Assembly (NCBI GenBank): GCA_020054235.1
Contig: JAGVLQ010000013.1
Span: 3,571 to 67,570, forward strand
Source of the DNA: Candidatus Babeliales bacterium
Lineage (GTDB): Bacteria > Babelota > Babeliae > Babelales > JACPOV01
DNA: 64,000 bases
Direction of reading: 5' to 3'
Shown here piece after piece: positions 19,347 to 28,793 of this stretch. Position 1 is the stretch's first letter, and each line of letters begins with the position of its first letter. Below the pieces are notes generated by a model. The model saw only the letters and a program-made list of their open reading frames with translations. It was not told the DNA's origin and did no database searches. A program made the translations under genes and the position numbers.

Positions 19347-20243
19347 ATGACCAAAAAAGAACCACTTCTTTTGGGTGCACATATGTCAATTGCTGGTGGA
19401 CTTGAAAAATCGATTGAACGCGCTGTTTCAATAAATTGTACAACACTGCAAATTTTTACCAAAAGCAATAGACAATGGAAGGCAAAACCAATAAGTGAGG
19501 AAGAAATAACTGCTTTCAAAACAGCGGTTAAAAATAATCCTTTCATAAAATCGATAGCAGTTCATGCCAGCTATCTAATTAATATTGGGTCTTCAGATAA
19601 AGAGCTCAATAAAAAATCTTTAGAGTCTCTTGATATTGAATTTAAACGATGCCAAGCACTCTCCATCCCATATTTAATTTTACACCCAGGCTCCTGTGGA
19701 ACATCAACCCCAAAACATAGTATGGATTCTATAGCAAATAATATAAATACGATACTCTCTAACAACCCTGGCAAAAGTATGATTCTTCTTGAAAATATGG
19801 GCGGCCAAGGAAGTAGTATCGGCTCAACATTTGAAGAACTTGCTGAAATTTACAAAAAAATAGACGAAAAAAACCGTGTTGGGTTTTGCTTCGATACCTG
19901 CCATGCCTTTGTAGCTGGCTATGATTTCAGAGATAAAAAAAGCTATGATTTTTTATGGAAAAAATTCGAAGAAATACTAGGACTAAAAAAACTTAAAGCC
20001 TTTCACATAAATGATTCTAAAAAAGAACTAGGGTCTAAAATTGACCGCCATGAAGATATAGGCAAGGGGAAAATAGGGCTAGAAGCTTTTCGCTTACTTT
20101 TTAATGATGAAAGATTTTTTGATATTCCTAAAATTCTTGAAACACCAAAAGAGGACGATCTTAAAGACGATGTTAAAAATATGCAAACTATAATAAAACT
20201 TATTAACGAACCTACAAAGAAAAAACTTACTATTTTAAGTTAA
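19347..20243 (+). CDS. nfo: deoxyribonuclease IV (endonuclease IV)
   Basis: LGAHMSIAGGL, HASYLINI, LENMGGQG, CFDTCHAF and the DRHEDIGKGKIG motifs of the Nfo TIM-barrel family. Confidence 0.9.
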   Translation: MTKKEPLLLGAHMSIAGGLEKSIERAVSINCTTLQIFTKSNRQWKAKPISEEEITAFKTAVKNNPFIKSIAVHASYLINIGSSDKELNKKSLESLDIEFKRCQALSIPYLILHPGSCGTSTPKHSMDSIANNINTILSNNPGKSMILLENMGGQGSSIGSTFEELAEIYKKIDEKNRVGFCFDTCHAFVAGYDFRDKKSYDFLWKKFEEILGLKKLKAFHINDSKKELGSKIDRHEDIGKGKIGLEAFRLLFNDERFFDIPKILETPKEDDLKDDVKNMQTIIKLINEPTKKKLTILS

Positions 20244-20245
20244 AA

Positions 20246-20319
20246 TAGTAATAGCTCAGCTCCTCATACCGCTAAGAAGGAATTGTGGTAACACAATTCG
20301 AGGCTCTGAGCTATTACTA
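20246..20319. other. 74-nt imperfect hairpin directly after nfo; possible bidirectional terminator or small structured RNA
   Basis: Outer stem 20246-20259 pairs with 20306-20319 (14 bp). CCTC 20262-20265 pairs with GAGG 20300-20303. Inner perfect 8-bp stem GAATTGTG/CACAATTC (20280-20287 with 20292-20299) is closed by a GTAA loop. There is no flanking T-run. Confidence 0.35.
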
Positions 20320-20557
20320 AATATAGCAGTGCGTCTAACCATACTACCTTAGAATCAGCCTGCCACAGGAAATTTCAAAAAAAATGTCAAATGACACCCT
20401 TAATTTTCCTAATAAAGCATATTTTCTGCAATCAACTTTTATATCAAAAAAAAGCAACAACAAAAAAATTCTGTAAATTAAGGAATTTCCGACCATATTA
20501 GATGATTTTAAACAAAAGCAACAAAAAAACAACAACTCTAAAAATGGTGAATATTTT

Positions 20558-21574
20558 TTAAAAACTCCTTCTTCTCGCATTATTCCAAATAGTAATAAGC
20601 CAGAAGAATACTAGCGTTAAAAAAAGAAAGGATAAAAGCGCAAAACTTATCTTATTGAGGGCAAACAAAAGGGAAAGAACCAAAAATAACCCTGAAATTA
20701 CAAAAACAAATGTCAAAATTTCATACTTAGACCAACCACCTTGTTGCAAATATATTGAAAAGTGATCAGGACTTCCATTATAAAAGGGAATTTTTTTATA
20801 AGTTCTTATTAAAATTAAGGTGGTAATTTCCAAGATAGGTATAGCCAATACTATGATTGGTATTATAAATCCCAAAGGGGTATAGCTACTCCAGTTAAAT
20901 AAAAAAGGTACTGTTCCTAAAAAACCCCCAATAAATAAAGATCCTGCATCACCTAAATAAATACTTGCTGGCGGCCGATTGTACCATAAAAAAGCTAGTA
21001 AGGCTCCTAAAAAAATTGCCAAAAGAAGGGCTAATTGATATTGGCCAAAAAGAAATGCCAGAAGCATAAACGTGAATGTTGCACATGTTGCAAGTGTTGT
21101 TGCAAGCCCATCCATAACATCAACCAGATTAAAGGCATTTATAATAGTTAATATCCATAAAAATGAAAGTGGTATTGACCAAAAATTATCTAAAAAGAAT
21201 GCTTCCTTAAGATACAGCCCTGCTTTTAAAAAACAAAGGGCAGTTATAGTTTGCCAAAAAAATTTTTGGTAGGGTTTTATCTGCAACAGATCATCAATAA
21301 GACCTATAAAAAGAAGTAATGTCGAACCAATTAAAAGGAATGTAATTTTGTTGTCAAACGGAAAAACAAGCGCTAACGTTGTTAAAAAACCGAAATACAC
21401 AGCAACTCCACCTAAGTAAGGAACCGGCTTTTCATGTAATTTAACTTTGCCATCAGGTTTATCTAAAACACCAAGCTTATAAGCAATTTTGGAGAAAAGC
21501 GGAACCAAGTAAAGTGTCAAAAAAAAAGAAATAAAAAAAGAAAGTGTAAGCTTCAATATAAAAACAAATGCCAT
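20558..21574 (-). CDS. MraY/WecA-family polyprenyl-phosphate N-acetylhexosamine-1-phosphate transferase (GT4 family)
   Basis: Polytopic membrane protein with LIGLIDDL, NAFNLVDVMDGLA and YLGDAGSLFIGG motifs. At 338 aa its size fits WecA/TagO-like enzymes rather than MraY. Confidence 0.75.
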   Translation of the reverse strand: MAFVFILKLTLSFFISFFLTLYLVPLFSKIAYKLGVLDKPDGKVKLHEKPVPYLGGVAVYFGFLTTLALVFPFDNKITFLLIGSTLLLFIGLIDDLLQIKPYQKFFWQTITALCFLKAGLYLKEAFFLDNFWSIPLSFLWILTIINAFNLVDVMDGLATTLATCATFTFMLLAFLFGQYQLALLLAIFLGALLAFLWYNRPPASIYLGDAGSLFIGGFLGTVPFLFNWSSYTPLGFIIPIIVLAIPILEITTLILIRTYKKIPFYNGSPDHFSIYLQQGGWSKYEILTFVFVISGLFLVLSLLFALNKISFALLSFLFLTLVFFWLITIWNNARRRSF

Positions 21575-21706
21575 AAATCTCCCTTTTTCTAAAGAAGGAT
21601 GCTTATATTTCGCTATTGAGCATAGCAGGAAGATGATGAAAATCTAGAATGAATTTTTAAAAAAAGTAAAAATTAGTAAATAAATAAATCAATTTAAGGT
21701 GCAAAA

Positions 21707-23722
21707 TCACCGTTGACTTTTATTTTCCTCAGGCTTTTCAATATAACATTCAGCACGATCATCGATTTGCCAATCATCAACGCCTTCAACTAAAAATGCA
21801 AATTCAAAACCAGCATGAATCTCTTTAACAGATTTGCGATCTCTTTCAAGGCTCTTTATTAAACCTTCACCTATCTTTTCTTTGCCACGCCAAGCAACAA
21901 TACGACCAGTGCGTGAAAAAATTCCTTCCTTACAATAAGCGCCCGCAATAACACCTACATTTTTTATATGGAAAACTTTTCTGATAACTGCTTCACCTAT
22001 TTTTTTTGCAATCATTTTGACTGGTTCTTCTTTTTTGAGAAGAGCTTCTAAATGCTCTAATAATTTATAAATAATATCAAAGAGCATAATACGTACAATA
22101 TTTTGTTGCGCAGAAATTGTTGCATTAGGCTGAGTTTTTATATGCAGTCCTAGAATAATTGATCCAGTATTGGCAGCAAGAACAACATCACTTTCATTAA
22201 TATCGCCAATACCAGCATGAACAATAAAACTTTTTATAGGGGATTTATCCGAAATTTTCTTTATCGCTTCAAGCAAAGCCTCTTTTGAAGAAGAAGTATC
22301 CGTTTTTATTATTACATTAATTGAATCTTCGCCCGTTCTTTTTTTAGACTCAAGATCAGCTTGAATTGCTCCTGCAGACTTCAACTTTTTATATTTTTCC
22401 TGAGAAATCACCTCGAACTGATCACCAGCATGAGGCAATTCTGAAAAACCCGAAACTTGCACAGGAATCGACGGCCCAACTTCATTAATCCGAACGCCAT
22501 AAGAATTTATCAAGCTACTTACCTTCCCCAAGGCATACCCTGCGCAAAAATGATCACCTATGCGTAAAGTTCCTTGTTGGCAAACAACCGTTGCAACAGG
22601 ACCAAGTCCTTTTTGCAATTTTGATTCTAAAATAAATCCTGAAGCTGGCTGATTAACATTTGTGCGCAAATCCATAAGTTGCGCTTGCAATGCAACAAGC
22701 TCTAATAATTTATCAACTCCAGTACCAAGTTTTGCCGAAATTGGCACAACTATTGTTTCTCCGCCCCATTCTTCTGGCAATAAATCATAACGAGCAAGAT
22801 CATTCCTGATTACTTCCAGCCTACTTGCTTCAACCTTGTCGATTTTATTAACAGCAACAACAATAGGTATACCTGCTTTTTTTGCTTTAGTTATGGCCTC
22901 AATAGTCTGAGGCATTATACTATCATCAGCAGCGACAACAAGAATAGCCAAATCTGCTACATTGACCCCTCTACCTCGAATATTTGAAAATGCTTCATGC
23001 CCAGGAGTGTCAAGAAAGACAAGACGTCCGTGCGCAGTTTCAACTTGATACGCACCCAAATGCTGCGTAATACCACCTTTTTCTTTTTGCGCAACACGAG
23101 TCTTACGAATAAAATCTAACAAAGTAGTTTTACCATGATCAACATGCCCCAAAACAACAACAACGGGCAACCGAATGTCAACGCCTGCCTGTGGAGCTGT
23201 AATGCGTCTCTCTTCTTTTTTTAGTTTAACCGGATAACTATATGAAAAATTATATACCTTAGCCAACATCTCTACAGTTTTTTCAGGCAAAAGTTGATTC
23301 TTTGGACTTACTATTCCCTGCCGAAGAAGCGTCATTATAACTTCGCTTACGGGCTTCTCTGCCTTTTGGGCAAAATCAGCAACAGTCATTGGCTCTATCA
23401 AAAATTTTTGAGGGATTTCTACTTGCAAATCATGATCTATTTCTGTTTTTTTTTCAACAAGAGAATTTGTCTTTTTATTAAGAGCAGGGGAAGCTTTTTT
23501 TTCTTGGAAATCTAAAGCTGGCTTTTCAGATGTCTCTTCAATATCAGATTGAGAGATTCTTTTTGCCGAATCCTTTTTGGAAAAAAACTCTTGAGCAATT
23601 TTTATGGCTTCCTCTGAAAGAGCAGACATATGACTTTTTACATCAAAACCTTTTTTGGCCAAAAAGTCGATAAGCTCTTTATTCGAAATATTTAATAATT
23701 TGGCGATTTCATATATGCGCAT
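21707..23722 (-). CDS. infB: translation initiation factor IF-2
   Basis: G domain VVVVLGHVDHGKTTLLD, DTPGHEAF and NKID, plus a conserved C-terminal domain. Located downstream of nusA. Confidence 0.95.
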   Translation of the reverse strand: MRIYEIAKLLNISNKELIDFLAKKGFDVKSHMSALSEEAIKIAQEFFSKKDSAKRISQSDIEETSEKPALDFQEKKASPALNKKTNSLVEKKTEIDHDLQVEIPQKFLIEPMTVADFAQKAEKPVSEVIMTLLRQGIVSPKNQLLPEKTVEMLAKVYNFSYSYPVKLKKEERRITAPQAGVDIRLPVVVVLGHVDHGKTTLLDFIRKTRVAQKEKGGITQHLGAYQVETAHGRLVFLDTPGHEAFSNIRGRGVNVADLAILVVAADDSIMPQTIEAITKAKKAGIPIVVAVNKIDKVEASRLEVIRNDLARYDLLPEEWGGETIVVPISAKLGTGVDKLLELVALQAQLMDLRTNVNQPASGFILESKLQKGLGPVATVVCQQGTLRIGDHFCAGYALGKVSSLINSYGVRINEVGPSIPVQVSGFSELPHAGDQFEVISQEKYKKLKSAGAIQADLESKKRTGEDSINVIIKTDTSSSKEALLEAIKKISDKSPIKSFIVHAGIGDINESDVVLAANTGSIILGLHIKTQPNATISAQQNIVRIMLFDIIYKLLEHLEALLKKEEPVKMIAKKIGEAVIRKVFHIKNVGVIAGAYCKEGIFSRTGRIVAWRGKEKIGEGLIKSLERDRKSVKEIHAGFEFAFLVEGVDDWQIDDRAECYIEKPEENKSQR

Positions 23723-23775
23723 TTATTCCATTTACTAAAAAAAGCGATTTTAATTGTATTTTTACCACTGAATAG

Positions 23776-24855
23776 CTACTCTTCAACTTCAGCATCAAAA
23801 GCCTCGGCCTCTGACTCAAAAAGCTGTGGCTCTTTGCTAGTTTTTTCCTGTTGCATCAAGTTTATGCTTAAACCTGTTAATTGAGAAGCTAAAAAAATAT
23901 TTTGGCCCATTCGACCAATAGCAAGAGAGCGCTGGTCTTCATCAAGCCAAACATTTGCCGAGCCATGTCCAACCAGCTCTACCCGACCTATTACAGCAGG
24001 CTTGAGGGCATTTGCTATAAGCTCCTCTTTTGACTCGGTCCAAGGAATTACATCTATTTTTTCACCACCAAGCTCTTTAAGAATAGGCTTAATACGAACA
24101 CCTCCGACGCCAACACATGTGCCAACAGGGTCAATGTTTTTTTCATTGGAAATTACAGCAACCTTTGTCTTGTAGCCAGGCGCCCGAACAATCTTTTTTA
24201 TTTCAACAAGCTTTTCAAAGACCTCTGGGATCTCAAGCTCAAATAACTTTTGAACAAAATCCGCAGATGCTCTATCCAAAATAAGCTGATTATCATTACG
24301 AGGTTCGGTCAAAACATCTTTGAGGAGGGCTCTAATTGAAAAGCCAACAACGCATTTATCAGACAAAATAGAAAGAGACTTTGGAAGAAAAGCCAAAGTG
24401 TCACCTACTTTTACGGTCATACCATTGCGCTCACATTTGTGGATAACACCATGAATAATGGTTCCCTTTTTCCCTATGTATTCATCATAAATTGCCGCCG
24501 CCTCAATATTGCGAATCTTTTGGGCTATTACTTGCTTGGCGCGCAAAATCTCAATCCTGCCTATAGGGCGATCAAATTCAGCCAAAACAACATCGCCAAT
24601 TTGAGCCTCAGGATCGATTCCTTTTGCTTTTCTAAGGGATATTTCGGCATCCTCATCATCAACTGTGCTTACAATTCTTTTTTTGACTGCAATCTCAAGC
24701 TCATCAGTCTTCTTATTGTGAGAAATAGAAAACTCCAGGCCTGGGTATTTTTTAGCGTAAGCCGCCATCATGCCTTCACAAATAATTTCACTTAAAAGAT
24801 CTCGATCAAGCCCGCGCTCCTCAACGAGCTCATCAATGACAAGGGAAAGTTTCAC
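23776..24855 (-). CDS. nusA: transcription termination/antitermination factor NusA
   Basis: S1 and KH regions (GDVVLAEFD...; PGYKTKVAVIS...DPVGTCVGVGGVRIKPI). GTG start at 24855. Forms the nusA-infB operon. Confidence 0.9.
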   Translation of the reverse strand: MKLSLVIDELVEERGLDRDLLSEIICEGMMAAYAKKYPGLEFSISHNKKTDELEIAVKKRIVSTVDDEDAEISLRKAKGIDPEAQIGDVVLAEFDRPIGRIEILRAKQVIAQKIRNIEAAAIYDEYIGKKGTIIHGVIHKCERNGMTVKVGDTLAFLPKSLSILSDKCVVGFSIRALLKDVLTEPRNDNQLILDRASADFVQKLFELEIPEVFEKLVEIKKIVRAPGYKTKVAVISNEKNIDPVGTCVGVGGVRIKPILKELGGEKIDVIPWTESKEELIANALKPAVIGRVELVGHGSANVWLDEDQRSLAIGRMGQNIFLASQLTGLSINLMQQEKTSKEPQLFESEAEAFDAEVEE

Positions 24856-25028
24856 GGTAGATTGCCTTTACTCAATGATTCAATAAATAATCCCTAATTC
24901 TAGCAAAAAAATAAAAAAAGGGAAGAAAACGTTTTCTCATGTGTTTTTGTGGAAGCAGAACCAGGGTCGTTTAGTTATTATTAAATTATTATATTACTTA
25001 AGTATTTTTAAAAATAATAATAATAAGC

Positions 25029-25299
25029 TGTGGTGAAATTGTGGATAACTTTGATTTTAAAAGTCTAAAAACATCTCCCCGTGGCACTATTGGCCAACTC
25101 TTTGTTTGTGGATAACCTGTGAATGAGATGTGGATAATCATGTGGATAATTTATTTTGTCCCTTAGAAATAGGGATCAAAATAGCTATTCTGAATTTATT
25201 GCTTTATAGCTACAAACTGGAGCAGTCTTTCTGCACCCCTTTAGAGTTATCCACAAGTTATTCACATTTCATTCACAGGTTATCCACATTTCATTCACA
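25029..25299. promoter_or_regulatory. DnaA-box cluster (candidate oriC or DnaA-binding regulatory locus)
   Basis: Perfect TGTGGATAA at 25040-25048, 25107-25115, 25129-25137 and 25141-25149. Perfect TTATCCACA at 25247-25255 and 25280-25288. Boxes with 1-2 mismatches at 25029-25037, 25118-25126, 25258-25266, 25269-25277 and 25291-25299. A nearly pure A/T tract lies at about 24975-25027. Confidence 0.75.
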
Positions 25300-25314
25300 C
25301 TTTCTATTTGAAAT

Positions 25315-25893
25315 TTAACTCTTATTCAATGAGTCAAGTGCGGTTTTGATATCTTGGACAAAGGTGGGGAGTTCTCGTGGATTGCGAAGGATGTATGCTG
25401 GATGGTATGTAGGTATTAGGGTTATGTTTTGCCATTGCAGAGGGTTTCCGCGCAATTTTGTTATTTTTGCTGTTTGGTCAAGCAGTGATTGCAAAGCGCT
25501 ACTGCCCAAGGTGCAGAGGATTTTCGGTCGAATAATTTTTATTTGTTTTAGCAAAAGTAAGTTTTTGCAGGTATTGCTTTCGATCGGTGTTGGAGGGCGG
25601 TTGTTTGGCGGACGACATTTGACAACATTGGTAATAAAAACTGTTTCACGTGTAATGCCAAGATGCTGAAGTGTTCTGGTTAGCAATTGTCCCGATCTTC
25701 CAACAAATGGCCTACCTTGTTGATCTTCTTTGGCTCCTGGGCCTTCGCCGATGAAAATTATTTGAGCATCGGGATTTCCTTCTCCAAACACAACCTGTGT
25801 TCTTCCTTGTGTACCTAGAGGGCACAGGGTACAATTTTTATAGGGAGCATACAATTGTTCAAGTAGTTGTTGCTTAAATTGTTTTGAATCCAT
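25315..25893 (-). CDS. uracil-DNA glycosylase, family 4
   Basis: CTLCPL, GEGPGAKEDQQGRPFVGRSGQLL and HPAYILRNP motifs. Confidence 0.85.
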   Translation of the reverse strand: MDSKQFKQQLLEQLYAPYKNCTLCPLGTQGRTQVVFGEGNPDAQIIFIGEGPGAKEDQQGRPFVGRSGQLLTRTLQHLGITRETVFITNVVKCRPPNNRPPTPIESNTCKNLLLLKQIKIIRPKILCTLGSSALQSLLDQTAKITKLRGNPLQWQNITLIPTYHPAYILRNPRELPTFVQDIKTALDSLNKS

Positions 25894-25954
25894 TGATCAA
25901 AATTTTTCTTTATTGCAAGGTTATGATTATTGTTAGTATAAATGAATTATGCTT

Positions 25955-27424
25955 TTATGCAGCCAAATAATTTCTTATCAGCGTAAACCATTTATTAGAT
26001 TGAGCAAATTTTGTTTTTTGATAAGACTGATGAATTCTTCTTTCTGGAAAATAAATTGAAATGCCTTGTGTTTTGATAAGATTCTTTCCTGCAACATTTT
26101 CAATAACAATATTTTTTACTATGTCCATACTGATCCTTAATGCTTCTTGCAGTTCTTTAAGAATTTTATTACCAATTTCAATATGAGTGAATTCCATTTT
26201 TTTTGAATTGGCCAGAAGATTTGTGCATAGGTGATGCCAATCTAAGTAGCTTGGTTCATCAAAATGTGTGCAATAAAGTTTATGACGACTCAATTTTATT
26301 GCTTCTCTGACCGAGTTATTTTTTTGAATTTTTATTGCTTCAATTAATAATTCAGCAATACGATCTATGGTTATTTCAAGATCCAAAAAGCCCGACAAGT
26401 CTATTGCAGATTGTGTATAATCATTGGTAATTGTGCTGTAGGCATTTTCATATGATTTGACAATATGTTTAGCAAAGGCTTTAGGTTCCATTGACTCATT
26501 TAAAAATGGTAACAAAATTTTATAGTAATTATAACCGGTGCCTAATTCTACTTCTACTGAAGCTGTCATATAATGAGCATGATTTTTTACGATATTTGCT
26601 ATTTCTATCATTGACATTAAGCAAGCGTCAAAACAAATAATGCTAAATTTTTTACCGCCTAAATAATTCTTGCATATAGTACTTAGGGCAAAATCAAGAT
26701 CTTGATTGTTAAGAGCATGGCCTGTTGAATCATCAAAACAAATTGATCGATGCTCGGGACAGCAGGTAGCTTGAACAAAATCAATAAACGAGATGCTTCT
26801 ATCAAGTTCAAGTAAGTTGCTTTCAGGATTAAACATAAACAGTGGTAATGGATTTATACTGCGATGTCGCACAACATCAAGAGCTCCAGTTCCATGATTC
26901 CAAAGTATAAGAACATAATTTTTTGCAGGATAATTAGTAATAGCCCACTTACAGCAATCGATTAATGTTGCAGGTAAACCACTGTCCATTTTTTGGCTGT
27001 TCGGATCGTTTTGGTTGGTTACGATTAATTTATTTTTTTCAATATAATAACGTTTAGTTACTTTTTTGTTGCCAGCAACACGTGTATCTAGCTGCGTAAC
27101 TATATTTATATATTTGCTGGAGCCAACATCCGACTGTTCTTTTAAATTTTTTCGTGCAAATGGTGCAAGATCATTATCTGCTGCCATATAGGTAATAAAA
27201 GTCCAATCTTTTAATTCAAGTTTTGCCTTAATGGCATGAGCGTTGCTAGGATCAGTGCAAAGATTCTCCTGAGAGTTAGTTAAATATGTATCGGCAAAAC
27301 TTTGCTCTTCGTTTTCCAAGATGGGTAGGGCATGAATACCTTGCTCTAAGCAAAAAGTACTGGAGATAATTAAAAGAAAAATAATTAATAAATTTTTATG
27401 AGGGTTAAATTTATTAAATTTCAT
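25955..27424 (-). CDS. secreted clostripain-like cysteine peptidase (C11 family)
   Basis: Signal peptide, YMAADNDL, LILWNHGTG (catalytic His region) and ICFDACLMS (catalytic Cys region). Confidence 0.65.
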   Translation of the reverse strand: MKFNKFNPHKNLLIIFLLIISSTFCLEQGIHALPILENEEQSFADTYLTNSQENLCTDPSNAHAIKAKLELKDWTFITYMAADNDLAPFARKNLKEQSDVGSSKYINIVTQLDTRVAGNKKVTKRYYIEKNKLIVTNQNDPNSQKMDSGLPATLIDCCKWAITNYPAKNYVLILWNHGTGALDVVRHRSINPLPLFMFNPESNLLELDRSISFIDFVQATCCPEHRSICFDDSTGHALNNQDLDFALSTICKNYLGGKKFSIICFDACLMSMIEIANIVKNHAHYMTASVEVELGTGYNYYKILLPFLNESMEPKAFAKHIVKSYENAYSTITNDYTQSAIDLSGFLDLEITIDRIAELLIEAIKIQKNNSVREAIKLSRHKLYCTHFDEPSYLDWHHLCTNLLANSKKMEFTHIEIGNKILKELQEALRISMDIVKNIVIENVAGKNLIKTQGISIYFPERRIHQSYQKTKFAQSNKWFTLIRNYLAA

Positions 27425-27494
27425 TTTAAGCTCCTCTTTTTTTATTTTTCTTTTTCTTAGTTAGATTTAGTCTATGGAAAAGAAATTATCGTGA

Positions 27495-28619
27495 TCAAGA
27501 GTTTTTAAGTAAAAAGGAGTTTTTGTTGAATGTGCTATGATTTATCCATGTTAGTAAAAAAGTGATGCCAAAGCTGAGTTGAAAATCAAGAAAAAAAAGA
27601 TAGAAAGGATTAATTATAAGGCTGCAAAATGTAATGACCGTTATAGCATGAATTGGATGAATTTGTTTTTCTAAAAATAATCCTCCCTTATACAAAAAAA
27701 AAGTAGCTAATGAGCGAATAAATGATATGCTTGACCAACTAAATAATACGTAAACAAGAGTTAATAGGCACAAAATAGATTGTTTCAAGAGGTAAGTAAC
27801 AGGCAATAATTTCAGTAACATTTCCCATAAAAAAATAAAAATTATTAAATGCAAGCCTGATCGTGCAAGATAATGAGAAATCCCCCAAAATTTAAAATTT
27901 TCTTTAAGAGAGCAGAGATTTTTTTTATCAATTTCTTTATTGCCAAAAAAAAGAAGTGCTAAAAAATTATACGTTTTTTTTGATAATTTTTTTTTGAGTA
28001 CGTTTATAATTTGCAAACGGTATTCAAAAAATAGGCGGCTAAGGCTTTTTGTTGGTCTTTCTATAAGTATACCTTTTGAAGAGGTTATCGTGCCCGCAAT
28101 TTGCTCCTTTAAAAAATATTGTTTGATAGAGTCTTGCTTGGGTATAGAAATAAAACAATTTTCTAGTTTTATGGTATCTCCGATGCGAAATTGGTGATTT
28201 TGGGAGCAATACCATAAGATATTCTGAGAGCCATGAAAAGTTAAATTATTTTGCGCTTCTATGATTTTATCTATAGATCCTGTAATACGATATTTTAGAA
28301 AGCGATGATTTGATTGGGCTATATCTGTAATTGTTATAATGGTATCAATTTTTTTATTTAAAATAATACGATGGAATTGAAGAGCGCGATTTATATTTTT
28401 TTGATAAAGTGCAGAACCAATGATTAATGAACTGCCAAATAAAGCAATAGTAAGATTTTTTTTTAGATAACTTATGAAGATGCTTAGCCCAAAAAAACTA
28501 AAAGGCCAGTAAAAGGAATAATTAAGCGATTGAAAAAAAATTCCAATCATTAAGAATAAGGTTGCAGGCAATAAGGGATGGATGGTAAAAAAAATAAAAT
28601 AGCGACTTAGTGAAAGCAT
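27495..28619 (-). CDS. short ComEC/Rec2-like membrane protein (no metallo-beta-lactamase domain)
   Basis: Polytopic. FWGISHYLARSGLHLIIF matches the ComEC competence-domain ISHLLAISGLH motif. Only about 375 aa. I prefer ATG 28619 over TTG 28628. Confidence 0.55.
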   Translation of the reverse strand: MLSLSRYFIFFTIHPLLPATLFLMIGIFFQSLNYSFYWPFSFFGLSIFISYLKKNLTIALFGSSLIIGSALYQKNINRALQFHRIILNKKIDTIITITDIAQSNHRFLKYRITGSIDKIIEAQNNLTFHGSQNILWYCSQNHQFRIGDTIKLENCFISIPKQDSIKQYFLKEQIAGTITSSKGILIERPTKSLSRLFFEYRLQIINVLKKKLSKKTYNFLALLFFGNKEIDKKNLCSLKENFKFWGISHYLARSGLHLIIFIFLWEMLLKLLPVTYLLKQSILCLLTLVYVLFSWSSISFIRSLATFFLYKGGLFLEKQIHPIHAITVITFCSLIINPFYLFFLDFQLSFGITFLLTWINHSTFNKNSFLLKNS

Positions 28620-28793
28620 AAAAACCAACTTAAAAATTTTTATAAATTTCCATTAGTCTATCATATAATTGGGTGTTTGCCATAAATAAAAATCGTTTAA
28701 AGTCGCGTTTTTTGCTAATTTTTATTAATATACTCAACATTATTACTTATAATCATCAAAAAGCTTTGTTTTATTTTGAGAAGGGTGCGCTTA

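Noticed and set aside
20246-20557. Possible SRP (4.5S) RNA, RNase P RNA or 6S RNA in this spacer
   Set aside because: I could not find the conserved SRP domain IV sequence (GGAAGCAG-type with symmetric loop), the RNase P P4/CR-I motifs, or a 6S-like central bubble on either strand. It is left as an unassigned structured element.
20344-20580. 78-codon minus-strand ORF in the nfo/wecA-like spacer
   Set aside because: It overlaps the 3-prime end of the wecA-like gene, has no SD, and gives a low-complexity Leu/Phe/Cys-rich sequence. The spacer is treated as non-coding or possible ncRNA instead.
25130-25318. 62-codon plus-strand ORF (MDNHVDNLFCPLEIG...) in the nusA-udg spacer
   Set aside because: It starts at GTG inside a DnaA box, and its repeated VDN/HS/FIH peptides are simply translations of the TGTGGATAA and TTATCCACA repeats. 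It has no SD, and the region is better explained as a DnaA-box array.
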